A DNA stretch of 43,724 nucleotides from Patescibacteria group bacterium (GTDB taxonomy: Bacteria > Patescibacteriota > Patescibacteriia > Patescibacteriales > CAYMCJ01). Each line of letters starts with the position of its first letter. Within the stretch, counting starts at the first letter, position 1. Position numbers and translations under genes: made by a program. The notes under the pieces are model-generated. The model searched no databases and was not told the DNA's origin. It worked only from the letters and a program-made list of their open reading frames with translations. Shown here one piece after another: positions 1 to 8,290 of the stretch. The DNA lies in contig JBDRJA010000009.1 in assembly GCA_043815345.1 (NCBI GenBank), positions 1 through 43,724 of the forward strand. Reading direction: 5' to 3'.

Positions 1-896
1 TTTACTGCCACTAAACTAGCTAAAATATTGATAATCGCTATACCTGCGAACTGAATACCAAAAATTTTAATAAAATTGTCATTAAAATAAGAAGCTACAT
101 TCACGTCAAAACCAATAAAAAATGCTTCTAAGTATGGCTGCAATAAACCTAGGAAAGGATAAAAAATAACAACTATAACTACTAAGCCGACAAGTGTATA
201 AAATAGGCTAGAAAATAAAAATGGCATATAGATAAAAGAGTTTGACGCTCCCACCAATCTTTTAATGGCAATCTCTCTCCGATGGGTATAAATTGACAGC
301 CTGATTGAATAAAACACAATAGTTAAAGCGATAGACGTAAAAATTAAACTTACAAATAATCCAACCTCGCTTACTTTCTTAGTAATGTTATTGATTTTAT
401 TTAGCATTAATTTGTGATCTGAAAAATTTCTTGATTCAATAATACCGCTTTCAATTTTATTTAGTTCCTTAGTAAGCTCGTTTATTGATTCAGTGTCTTT
501 AGGCTTTATTACTAGGCTAGGGCTTAGTGGATTTCTGCCTAGTTCTCGAAGGGCCTGCAATATTTCTGGATTATCGCTGTTTTTTTCTCTGAAAAATTCA
601 AGCGCTTCTGACTTTGAAATATAATCAACAGCGCTGACCTGGGATAAATTGCCTACTTCAGCTTTTAAAGACATAATCTCGTCTTCTTCTGCCTCTGCTT
701 TAAGATACAAACTTACATCAACTTTCTCTTTGATTGCATTTATAGCTGTATTGCCAATCTCCTTAACCACCAAAAGCATATTTATAGAAAACAAAGCTAA
801 TATTAAAATAGTAATGGTTACAATAGACAGCCATATATTACGCCCAATGTCCTGCAGGCTAAATTTTATAATCCTCATTAAAGAAAGTAAAAACAT
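1..896 (-). CDS. ftsX: Cell-division ABC permease FtsX; the 3' end runs off the window, and the gene is absent from the supplied ORF track
   Basis: Own minus-strand translation. ATG at 896-894 gives MFLLSLMRIIKFSLQDIGRNIWLSIVTITILILAL (N-terminal TM). Positions 300-241 read ..REIAIKRLVGASN (FtsX family motif). Positions 60-1 read GIQFAGIAIINILASLVAV (last TM). It lies immediately downstream of ftsE. Frame continuity across the whole span was not checked codon by codon. Confidence 0.75.
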   Translation of the reverse strand, partial: MFLLSLMRIIKFSLQDIGRNIWLSIVTITILILALFSINMLLVVKEIGNTAINAIKEKVDVSLYLKAEAEEDEIMSLKAEVGNLSQVSAVDYISKSEALEFFREKNSDNPEILQALRELGRNPLSPSLVIKPKDTESINELTKELNKIESGIIESRNFSDHKLMLNKINNITKKVSEVGLFVSLIFTSIALTIVFYSIRLSIYTHRREIAIKRLVGASNSFIYMPFLFSSLFYTLVGLVVIVVIFYPFLGLLQPYLEAFFIGFDVNVASYFNDNFIKIFGIQFAGIAIINILASLVAV

Positions 897-915
897 ATGT
901 CAAAAAAAATAAAAA

Positions 916-999
916 CTTATAACTCATAACCTATAACTAATAACTGGTGTTTAATGCTTCTTCCTTGAGTTATAAGTTATGGGTTATTAGTAATATAAA
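916..999. repeat. Heptad-periodic palindromic spacer element, TTATAAC family, copy 1
   Basis: The left arm runs in 7-nt register: cttataa/ctcataa/cctataa/ctaataa. 916-925 (cttataactc) is the exact reverse complement of 967-976 (gagttataag). Homologous to 16959-17040 and 24547-24630. Confidence 0.7.
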
Positions 1000-1680
1000 C
1001 TACAAAATATACTTTCCTACTGCCTGGTCGCTAACTATCATGCCATCATCAATGGTAATAACTCTTTTTTTAAGATTATTGACAATTTCCCGATTATGGG
1101 TTACCAGTACAACAGTAGTGCCAAACTTATTTATCCTTAAAAGTAAATCAATAATTTCATTGGCGTTAATAGAGTCAAGATTGCCGGTTGGCTCATCAGC
1201 TAATAGTATTTTTGGCCGATGAACTAAAGCCCTGGCTATCGCCGCTCTCTGCTGTTCACCTCCAGAAACTTCATGAGGGTAACGCTGCTGCTTATCCTCC
1301 AGACCGACTATTTTCATTACTTGGGGCACAATAGCTTTAATTTTTTTAGGAGGCTGGCCACAGACCTGCAAGGCGAAAGCTACATTTTCTAACAAAGTTT
1401 TTTTAGGAAGAAGCTTGAAGTCTTGAAAAATAACCCCAGTTTGACGCCGTAAATATGGCACCTCTCTCTGGCCAATATTAGTAATATCCCAGCCCCCGAC
1501 TAATACCTTGCCCTTGTCTACTTTTTCTTCCCCGATTAGTACTTTGACAATTGTTGTTTTACCGGTTCCGGATTGGCCAACAATTGAGACAAATTCGCTT
1601 GGTTTAATATGTAAGTTAACATTATATAAAGCTCTTATGTCTGGTTTATAAATTCTAGAAATATTTAATAATTTAATCAT
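1000..1680 (-). CDS. ftsE: Cell-division ABC transporter ATP-binding protein FtsE
   Basis: Walker A GQSGTGKTT, ABC signature SGGEQQR, Walker B LLADEPTGNLD. About 226 aa, followed by ftsX. Confidence 0.93.
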   Translation of the reverse strand: MIKLLNISRIYKPDIRALYNVNLHIKPSEFVSIVGQSGTGKTTIVKVLIGEEKVDKGKVLVGGWDITNIGQREVPYLRRQTGVIFQDFKLLPKKTLLENVAFALQVCGQPPKKIKAIVPQVMKIVGLEDKQQRYPHEVSGGEQQRAAIARALVHRPKILLADEPTGNLDSINANEIIDLLLRINKFGTTVVLVTHNREIVNNLKKRVITIDDGMIVSDQAVGKYIL

Positions 1681-1693
1681 AAAAATTATAATT

Positions 1694-3292
1694 TTATTCT
1701 AATTTTCTCAATCCATATTTTATTAAATCCTCTGTCTCCATGTAACTAATTTCCTTATTCTCGGATCCAAAAGTAATTATAATTAAACGATTTTCATTTG
1801 CTTCAACTCTAGTCATTAAACAATATCCGGCCTCATCAAGATATCCTGTTTTTGAACCAATTATATTATAATTATTGGTTTTTATTAATCTATTAGTATT
1901 TCTTAGCTTATGCTTTATCTTCGTATTAATAGTGTAAAATTCATACTCCGGCATGGTACTTGCTTTCTGGATAATAGGATTAATAAACACATTCTTAGTT
2001 ATTATAGCATAATCCAGGGGAGAACTCACGTTTTCGGGCGCTAAGCCAGTAGGTTCAATAAAGTGGGTTGAAACAGCCCCCCAAGATACTACCGTATCAT
2101 TCATCTCTTTAATAAAGTTATCCCTAGATAAACCGCTAATCCGTACTAAGGTCTCAATAGTATTATTGGCCGAGCCGACTAATGATGAATAGATTAAATC
2201 TTCAATAGTTATTGTGTCGCCATCGTTTAGATTTAGCCGCGCTGATTCCCATTTATTGACATATTGATAATTATATTCCTCATCTTTAACGCTATAAGCT
2301 ATTACCCTGTCTAAACTTGGTTTAGTATCTATAAAAACTTCTACAGCGACTAATTTAGTTAAACTTGCTAAGGGTAGAGTTGTAGTAGCATTCTTTTCCC
2401 ATATTATTTCCTCATCTTTTTCTCTCATAATTATAGCCGATTTTGAGGTAATAACTGGCTCAAAGGTTGCCCCTTTCTCGGTTGTTCCTAAAACTCTTCC
2501 CTGGTTATCTGGCGCAATGTATAATGGCTCAATTCTAACGTCAGCAACACCGGCCTCTAAAGAAGCAATTTTTATAAATGCCGCCTTGTCTAAATCCACC
2601 GCCCGGTTTGGATGTAGTTTTCTATCAGGGCCGTAATCATTGACTTCTACATCAACAAATTTATTATTAGCAATATTATAAACTCGCAACCTAGATTCTT
2701 TTGGAAAATCCGGAGATGCCGTAAAATTACCTCCTTTATATGCATACCAACTGGCCTTGCCAATCGTTAAAATATCTGGATTTGATAAAACTACTATTCT
2801 AGCAAAAGGCAGATGAATTAAAGAGCGGACAAATTTCTCATTATTATAATCTTTGGTAGGCAGCGGCCTCCAAGATGAATAATTTTTATCATAAAAATAA
2901 ACCTGTTTATAATTGTTTGTAGCTTGGTTATAAGAAAATTGGATATAAAACGGCTTATGGTTATCATGGGCAATTTTATTCTTAAATTCAAACTGATATA
3001 CTTTGCTAATTTTATCCATCTGCCAAGGCATCTCCATCTCCTCATTGATTTCCAGTACCTCAACCCCCGTAGACTCGCTTAATACTCCGGGTGATAATGA
3101 TAGCTTTAAAGCACTGTCAAAAGCGCTAACTGTGTACCCTTTATTGATAGTTTCTTGATCTAAATTAATACTGTATTCACGATTAGGATTATTAGCTTTA
3201 TTAATATCTTCACTTGCAAAAACAAAATTACCGGCCAACACCAGTAATAGAAACAATAACGTTTTTAAAAATATTTGACTTAGTCTTGCCAT
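1694..3292 (-). CDS. Secreted peptidoglycan enzyme: RlpA-like DPBB domain fused to an S11-type D-alanyl-D-alanine carboxypeptidase
   Basis: N-terminal signal-like segment LLFLLLVLAGNFVFA. DPBB-like block GKASWYAYKGGNFTAS...VDVEVNDYGPDRKLHPNRAVDLDKAAF. Penicillin-binding motifs SxxK (ASLTK), SxN (GSAN) and KTG (SKTGY) lie in the C-terminal half. Confidence 0.8.
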   Translation of the reverse strand: MARLSQIFLKTLLFLLLVLAGNFVFASEDINKANNPNREYSINLDQETINKGYTVSAFDSALKLSLSPGVLSESTGVEVLEINEEMEMPWQMDKISKVYQFEFKNKIAHDNHKPFYIQFSYNQATNNYKQVYFYDKNYSSWRPLPTKDYNNEKFVRSLIHLPFARIVVLSNPDILTIGKASWYAYKGGNFTASPDFPKESRLRVYNIANNKFVDVEVNDYGPDRKLHPNRAVDLDKAAFIKIASLEAGVADVRIEPLYIAPDNQGRVLGTTEKGATFEPVITSKSAIIMREKDEEIIWEKNATTTLPLASLTKLVAVEVFIDTKPSLDRVIAYSVKDEEYNYQYVNKWESARLNLNDGDTITIEDLIYSSLVGSANNTIETLVRISGLSRDNFIKEMNDTVVSWGAVSTHFIEPTGLAPENVSSPLDYAIITKNVFINPIIQKASTMPEYEFYTINTKIKHKLRNTNRLIKTNNYNIIGSKTGYLDEAGYCLMTRVEANENRLIIITFGSENKEISYMETEDLIKYGLRKLE

Positions 3293-3331
3293 AACAATAT
3301 AATTATAACATAAAACTAAATTTCATAAAAC

Positions 3332-3402
3332 GCGGGATTAGTACAATGGTAGTACATCTGCTTCCCAAGCAGAAGACGCGAGTCCGATTCTCGTATCCCG
3401 CT
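3332..3402 (+). tRNA. tRNA-Gly (anticodon CCC)
   Basis: Hand-folded cloverleaf: acceptor GCGGGAT/ATCCCGC, D arm GTAC-AATGGTA-GTAC, anticodon arm TCTGC-TTCCCAA-GCAGA, 4-nt variable loop, T arm GCGAG-TCCGATT-CTCGT. The T-loop has C where the near-universal U55 is expected. Confidence 0.85.
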
Positions 3403-3405
3403 CAA

Positions 3406-3564
3406 TCACCATAAATAGCACAGATTTGAGTCTGGCTCACGTGCGAGTGCCTGCCCGCCTTTGCAGGCTGTCTGGAGGGAACCGCCCGTACTGAGTAGAC
3501 GAGGAGGCGGGGCGATTCTCGCCTGCCCGCCCGAAGTTCCGAGCTTAGCGAGGAACGAAGGAGG
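3406..3564. other. G+C-rich structured insert between two tRNA genes; candidate ncRNA or integration remnant
   Basis: Flanked by the exact 13-nt direct repeat gtatcccgctcaa (3393-3405 and 3565-3577), which is the 3' end of tRNA-Gly. Hairpins seen: gcctgc-N8-gcaggc (3449-3468), ccgcc..ggcgg, ggcga-ttc-tcgcc, gttcc-N11-ggaac. gcctgcccgcc occurs twice. Confidence 0.4.
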
Positions 3565-3581
3565 GTATCCCGCTCAAAAGT

Positions 3582-3654
3582 GCCGATATAGCTCAATTGG
3601 CAGAGCAATTCCTTCGTAAGGAAGAGGTTGTCGGTTCAACTCCGACTATCGGCT
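3582..3654 (+). tRNA. tRNA-Thr (anticodon CGU)
   Basis: Acceptor GCCGATA/TATCGGC, D arm GCTC-AATTGGCA-GAGC, anticodon loop TTCGTAA, T arm GTCGG-TTCAACT-CCGAC. Confidence 0.9.
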
Positions 3655-3857
3655 CACTATATGTTTGGCTTATGTTTGCTTGCCATGTTGTGTAGCGGAA
3701 TATTCGCCATCTAGGGTCTTTTGCAGTAAAGAATCTTAAAGCCCGATAGATGATCTAAAGAACTTCCTATACGGGTATTTCTTGTCTTACATTACAAGGC
3801 TCACTCGCCTTTTCCCATTAAAACGAACTCCTTTACATGCAATCAACCATAATCTAC

Positions 3858-4481
3858 TTAACATAGGTATAATATTAAATATAAAATAAATAAAACGCAG
3901 GTTATATAAATAAATATTTTAAATATTTTTAAAATATTTTTTTTATTTACCTTTCTAATAGATTTATTTCGCTTTATCTCTTTATTTAATTTTTTCTTTA
4001 TTATCTTCTTTTTGTTTTTAATATTCTTCTCTACTTTTTTAACTTCACTTTTTTTAATTATTTCTTGTTCTTTAGCTATTGCATCAACCTCTTCTTTCTC
4101 TTCCTTTTCTATTATTTCTTTCCTTTGTATTTCTTCGTTTTCTTTAAGATAATTAATACTTCTCATCTGGTTATTAAATTCCTTGGTTTTCTCTTCTGAT
4201 TTTTTTTGTTCCTTAACTGGCTCATCTTTGCCTTTTTTTTCTTTATCACTAAGAAAGGCCAGGCTAGCCAGCGATTTCTCTCTTTCGGCGTCAGATATAT
4301 AAGGCTTTCCAGTATCTTCTTTGTCCAATCGTATATCGTTTTCTGCCTGTGGAATAAACGGTATAACCTCTTCTTCTTTTTTTCTTTCCTTTTCACCTAT
4401 ATAATCTAAAACAATCTTTCTTGATCGCTTTAATTCTCCTCCGCTTAATTTTTTATTATCATTATTATTTTCTTTGACCAT
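3858..4481 (-). CDS. Hypothetical Lys/Glu-rich protein with a C-terminal transmembrane anchor
   Basis: Long ORF with an extremely charged K/E-rich body. It has a single hydrophobic tail, IFKIFIYITCVLFILYLILYLC, and follows the FtsB-like gene on the same strand. No recognisable family. Confidence 0.55.
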   Translation of the reverse strand: MVKENNNDNKKLSGGELKRSRKIVLDYIGEKERKKEEEVIPFIPQAENDIRLDKEDTGKPYISDAEREKSLASLAFLSDKEKKGKDEPVKEQKKSEEKTKEFNNQMRSINYLKENEEIQRKEIIEKEEKEEVDAIAKEQEIIKKSEVKKVEKNIKNKKKIIKKKLNKEIKRNKSIRKVNKKNILKIFKIFIYITCVLFILYLILYLC

Positions 4482-4514
4482 TTTATTTTATTATTAAAAA
4501 TATTATAACAATGA

Positions 4515-4937
4515 TTATTTTCTAAAAAAATAATCCAGCCATCTTTGTGAATTTGCCCCTTCCTTTGAATTAGCTTCATTATTTATCTTGTTTTTAGCTT
4601 CCTGGCCGCCAGTTATTAAATTTAAAGAATTATCTTTTATTACGGCTACTTCCTCTCCTGGTTTTTTTAATCCCAAATTTAATCTCGCCTGCTCTTCAAC
4701 GAACTGGTCTGATTCTAAGTAAGTAACCAATCTCTTTAAATCCTTATTATTCGTCTCTAGCCCCACTATCTCATCCTCTAATTCTTTAATCTCTTTATTA
4801 ACATTATATCTTTTACTAATATTTTTAGCCAAGGGAATGCTAATCAATACAATAATAACTAAACCCAATATAGCCAAAAACTTTTGGTTATAGATAATTC
4901 TTAAAAAAATATTTCCTCTTTTTCTTTTTTTAATCAT
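4515..4937 (-). CDS. Septum formation initiator, FtsB/DivIC-like
   Basis: Short cytoplasmic N-terminus, one TM (LAILGLVIIVLISIPL), then a leucine-zipper-like coil (EIKELEDEIVGLETNNKDLKRLVTYL) and the family-typical block ESDQFVEEQARLNLGLKKPGEEV. Confidence 0.75.
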   Translation of the reverse strand: MIKKRKRGNIFLRIIYNQKFLAILGLVIIVLISIPLAKNISKRYNVNKEIKELEDEIVGLETNNKDLKRLVTYLESDQFVEEQARLNLGLKKPGEEVAVIKDNSLNLITGGQEAKNKINNEANSKEGANSQRWLDYFFRK

Positions 4938-5036
4938 AATAATAAATAATAATATATACTACTTTCTAATTGTGCGGTTCCGCCACTTTACAAATAATTA
5001 CAATATTGTTATCCATTTATATTTAATTGTTTCATC

Positions 5037-7724
5037 TCATTTCTTTAATCTGACTACATAATAATATTTTATCACTTCTATCATTATTATACTTAATAAT
5101 CCGGTAGAAAAAATTAGTAACCAACTATTTATCCCTAACGGCGTGGTAGACAATATGGACTGTAAAGGCGGCCAATATATTGCCGCAAAAAGGAAAATGA
5201 AACTAATAATAACCGCCCCTATTAAATATATATTGGAAAAAGGATTCATCCTCCAAATTGACTGGCGCAAACTACGCAAGCTAAAAATATACATTAAAGA
5301 ATCAACGCCCACAGCCGCAAATACAACCGTTCTGATATAATTTATCTCAAAATAATTCTTTAGTAAATAATAGAATATTCCAAATACAAAAAAATCGCGA
5401 ATAAGGCCGGCCGCAAAAATTATAATTTTCATTTCCTTATTAATAATAGGCTCTCCTTTTTTTATCGGCTTACTATTCATAATATCTTTCTCGCCTTTTT
5501 CAAAGGCTAAAGAAAAGTGAGGCAGCCCGTCGTTAACAATATTTATCCATAAAATCTGTACAGGCAGAATCGCTAAGGGTAAACCGAGAAGTATTGAACC
5601 TACTATTAGAATAACTTCAGAAAAACTATCTGAGACTAAATAGGTAATTACTTTGCGAATATTTGAAAAAATAATTCTTCCTTGGCTTACGGCCGCTACG
5701 ATTGTTTTAAAATTATTGTCTAGAAGTACTATATCTGATGTTTCTTTAGCTATATCCGTCCCAGTGCCTAAAGATATGCCGATATCGGCGGCTTTCAAGG
5801 CCGGGGAATCGTTAATGCCGTCGCCGGTCATTGCCACTACCTCTCCTCTGGCCTGCAGAGCTCTAATTATCCTTAATTTATGATGGGGACTAACTCTGGC
5901 ATAAATATCAATTTTACTAACTAATTCCTTTAATTTTTTATCATCAGTTTTGTCTAAAATATTGCCAGTAATTATGTTTTCCGATCTAATATCCATTCCT
6001 ACCTCTTCGGCAATAGCCCGGGCTGTTAATTGATGATCGCCAGTAATGATTATTGGCCGAATGCCTGCCTGGCGGCAGACTTTAATAGTTTCTTTTGCTT
6101 CTGGCCGTAAAGGATCTTTTAAGGCAATAAAGCCGACAAAAGTTAAACTCTTATCAATAATTTTCCAATCAACTTCTTTTTCATTTTTATCATTTTCCTT
6201 TTTAAAAATTGACTTTGTGTTTAGCTGGCGAATGGCAACTCCTATAACTCTTAGGCCTTTTTTAGTTAAGTTCTCGTAGGCCTTGCTTAATTTCTCAATA
6301 TCTTTTAATGTTAATCTTTTAATTTTTCCAAGATGATAAAATGTGGCTGACTTTTCTAATAGAATCTCTACCGCTCCTTTTTCATAAATTATATAATTAT
6401 CGCCTTTTTTCTTGTGGACTGTTACCATGAATTTGCTCTCACTAGAAAAAGGCAACTTTTCTATTTCCGGCTCAATTTTTAATAATTTTTCTTTATCTAA
6501 TCCGGATTGCCAGGCCGCGGAAAGCAAAGCCGCTTCTGTGGGCGTACCAATTATTTTCTGCATTTTTAATTCATCTTTAGGATTTTCAATAACTGCTTCG
6601 TTGCACATCATACCAATCTGTAAAGCTAAGCTAACGTTTTTAGCTTCTTTCTCATCTTGCCTTGAACCTAAAGTATCCATTTCAAATTCTTTTTCTCCAA
6701 TTACAATATGAGCAACGCTCATCTTGCCTTCAGTTAAAGTACCGGTTTTATCAGCACAGATTACCGTAGTAGACCCCAGAGTTTCAGCCGCTACCAACTT
6801 TCTAGTTAAAGCTTTTTGTTTTAAAATTTGCTGCATTCCTAGAACTAAAATAACGGTTACAGCCACTGCTAATCCTTCGGGAATAGCGGCTACGGCAATA
6901 GCTACCCCGGTAATAAACATCTCAAAAAAACTCCTGCCTTGCCATACCCCAATTGCGACAATAAAAACGCATATTATAGCAATGGCTATGCCAATTATTT
7001 TTGATAAACGAGTTAAGCGCAATTGCAAAGGAGTTTTTTCTTCTTTAGTGGCTTTAACTAATTTAGCGATTTTTCCTATTTCTGTCTCGCCTCCGATTGC
7101 GGTTACTATGGCTTTACCCGATCCATTTACCACTACTGTGCTAGCATAAACCATATTTTCTCTATCAGCTAAAGACACTTCTTTGGTTATTTTCTCTGTA
7201 TTTTTCTGCGAAGGAATTGATTCGCCGGTTAAATTCGCTTCATTAACCTGTAAATCTTTTGATTCAATTATTCTAGCGTCAGCCGGCATTCGGTTTCCGA
7301 CTTTAAGAATAATTAAATCGCCGATGGTAACTTGTTGGCTATCAATTTCAAATTCTTGCCCATCTCTTAATACCAAAGCTTTATGCTCAACCATTTTCTT
7401 TAATTTACTTAGAGCCTTATTAGCTTTATTTTCCTGGAAAAAACCTATAAAGGTATTTATTACAACCGAGCCAAGTATCACGCCTGCATCAACAAACTCC
7501 CGCAAAACAAAAGCGATTGAGCCCGCCACTAGTAAAATATAAATCAAAGGGCTCTTAAATTGCTCTAAAAAAATAGTTATAGCGCCAAGCGGCTTTTCCT
7601 TTTCTAATTCGTTTAAGCCATGCTTTTTTAGCCTTTTCTTTACCTCGTCTTTAGTAAGGCCATTTTTAGAAGTTTTCAACTCCCGCAAGCAAGATTCAAT
7701 TGTTAAACTATGAAAATTGGACAT
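5037..7724 (-). CDS. P2-type cation-transporting ATPase, Ca2+-ATPase-like
   Basis: Cation_ATPase_N-like start, TGES actuator motif (LTGESIP), PEGL (AIPEGLAV), phosphorylation site CADKTGTLT, TGDHQLTA, hinge TGDGINDSPALKAADIGI. Confidence 0.93.
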   Translation of the reverse strand: MSNFHSLTIESCLRELKTSKNGLTKDEVKKRLKKHGLNELEKEKPLGAITIFLEQFKSPLIYILLVAGSIAFVLREFVDAGVILGSVVINTFIGFFQENKANKALSKLKKMVEHKALVLRDGQEFEIDSQQVTIGDLIILKVGNRMPADARIIESKDLQVNEANLTGESIPSQKNTEKITKEVSLADRENMVYASTVVVNGSGKAIVTAIGGETEIGKIAKLVKATKEEKTPLQLRLTRLSKIIGIAIAIICVFIVAIGVWQGRSFFEMFITGVAIAVAAIPEGLAVAVTVILVLGMQQILKQKALTRKLVAAETLGSTTVICADKTGTLTEGKMSVAHIVIGEKEFEMDTLGSRQDEKEAKNVSLALQIGMMCNEAVIENPKDELKMQKIIGTPTEAALLSAAWQSGLDKEKLLKIEPEIEKLPFSSESKFMVTVHKKKGDNYIIYEKGAVEILLEKSATFYHLGKIKRLTLKDIEKLSKAYENLTKKGLRVIGVAIRQLNTKSIFKKENDKNEKEVDWKIIDKSLTFVGFIALKDPLRPEAKETIKVCRQAGIRPIIITGDHQLTARAIAEEVGMDIRSENIITGNILDKTDDKKLKELVSKIDIYARVSPHHKLRIIRALQARGEVVAMTGDGINDSPALKAADIGISLGTGTDIAKETSDIVLLDNNFKTIVAAVSQGRIIFSNIRKVITYLVSDSFSEVILIVGSILLGLPLAILPVQILWINIVNDGLPHFSLAFEKGEKDIMNSKPIKKGEPIINKEMKIIIFAAGLIRDFFVFGIFYYLLKNYFEINYIRTVVFAAVGVDSLMYIFSLRSLRQSIWRMNPFSNIYLIGAVIISFIFLFAAIYWPPLQSILSTTPLGINSWLLIFSTGLLSIIMIEVIKYYYVVRLKK

Positions 7725-7832
7725 ATTAGTTTTAGATAGCTAATAACAGTCCTGAATATTCAAGAGCCTGCTATCTGTTACTTATTATATATAATTATAC
7801 CACAAAATTAACTAAAACTTAAAAACCCAAAT

Positions 7833-7880
7833 AAAAACACCCGCTAGAACGAGTAAAATCGTTACAGTGGGTGTTTTTTT
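7833..7880. terminator. Bidirectional intrinsic-terminator-like hairpin
   Basis: Stem acacccgct...agtgggtgt with an inner stem aacga/tcgtt. Preceded by an A-run and followed by tttttt, so it is T-tailed on both strands. Confidence 0.55.
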
Positions 7881-8118
7881 ATCAAGTTTTAATTTGTTTT
7901 TTTTCTTATTTAATTTTATTTTTTAAAGCAAAATTATGTTCAAATTCCGCCACTCCTGATACAAACCAGTAGCGGCGGGTTTGAATGTAAATTTGCAAAC
8001 ATTTCGGCTGACATAATGTTAAATAACTTAATTCAGCCAGTTAAATGTTAACTATTAAATATAGCATATTTTATGAAATATGTCAACTATTTTTAATTAA
8101 AAATACCTAAAATAAGCT

Positions 8119-8290
8119 AATTTTAGGCTTAAGGGAGTATTTTGGAGGTTGTAATCACCATATTTCTACTACAATAAGCCAATAATTAGGTTAAATTTAC
8201 AGTTAATTGTAAATGTTTGCACTATGTACCCTTATGTTAGCCTTAAAATTGAATTTTTATCCTCCAAAATATTAACTTAAGCCTAATTTT
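8119..8290. repeat. Long imperfect inverted repeat enclosing about 112 nt; MITE-like or structured-RNA candidate
   Basis: 8119-8148 aattttaggcttaagggagtattttggagg against 8261-8290 cctccaaaatattaacttaagcctaatttt: two 11-bp perfectly complementary blocks around a 4-nt mismatch. Inner hairpin atttaca-gttaat-tgtaaat at 8195-8214. Confidence 0.6.

Noticed and set aside
649-1222. Plus-strand ORFs 649..912 and 947..1222 from the track
   Set aside because: They lie antisense to ftsX and ftsE, whose translations carry clear family motifs. Their products are low-complexity, hydrophobic shadow-frame sequence.
3402-3608. 68-aa minus-strand ORF across the tRNA region
   Set aside because: It overlaps both tRNA genes and the G+C-rich insert. 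Its Arg/Ser/Pro-rich product is what G+C-rich non-coding DNA gives when translated.
3660-3857. About 200-bp moderately G+C non-coding stretch after tRNA-Thr, as an RNA gene
   Set aside because: No cloverleaf, no strong hairpins and no recognisable conserved RNA motif were seen by eye. The evidence is too weak to report as a feature.
5143-7542. Series of plus-strand ORFs (5143..5340, 5653..5883, 6046..6279, 6412..6711, 6724..7149, 7183..7542)
   Set aside because: All are antisense within the 895-aa P-type ATPase gene, which has every catalytic motif. The same reasoning applies to the other antisense ORFs nested in long genes: 2818..3063, 4163..4396, 4206..4409, 8540..8737, 10937..11929, 12932..13147, 16469..16708, 23063..23595, 23675..23872, 29855..30307, 31170..31430, 32849..33070, 37897..38187 and 41383..41574.
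4978-7954. 10-nt direct repeat TTCCGCCACT flanking the P-type ATPase gene (4978-4987 and 7945-7954), a possible target-site duplication of a gene cassette
   Set aside because: There is no extended similarity beyond the 10-mer and no mobility gene. A single 10-mer match in 43.7 kb is within chance expectation.
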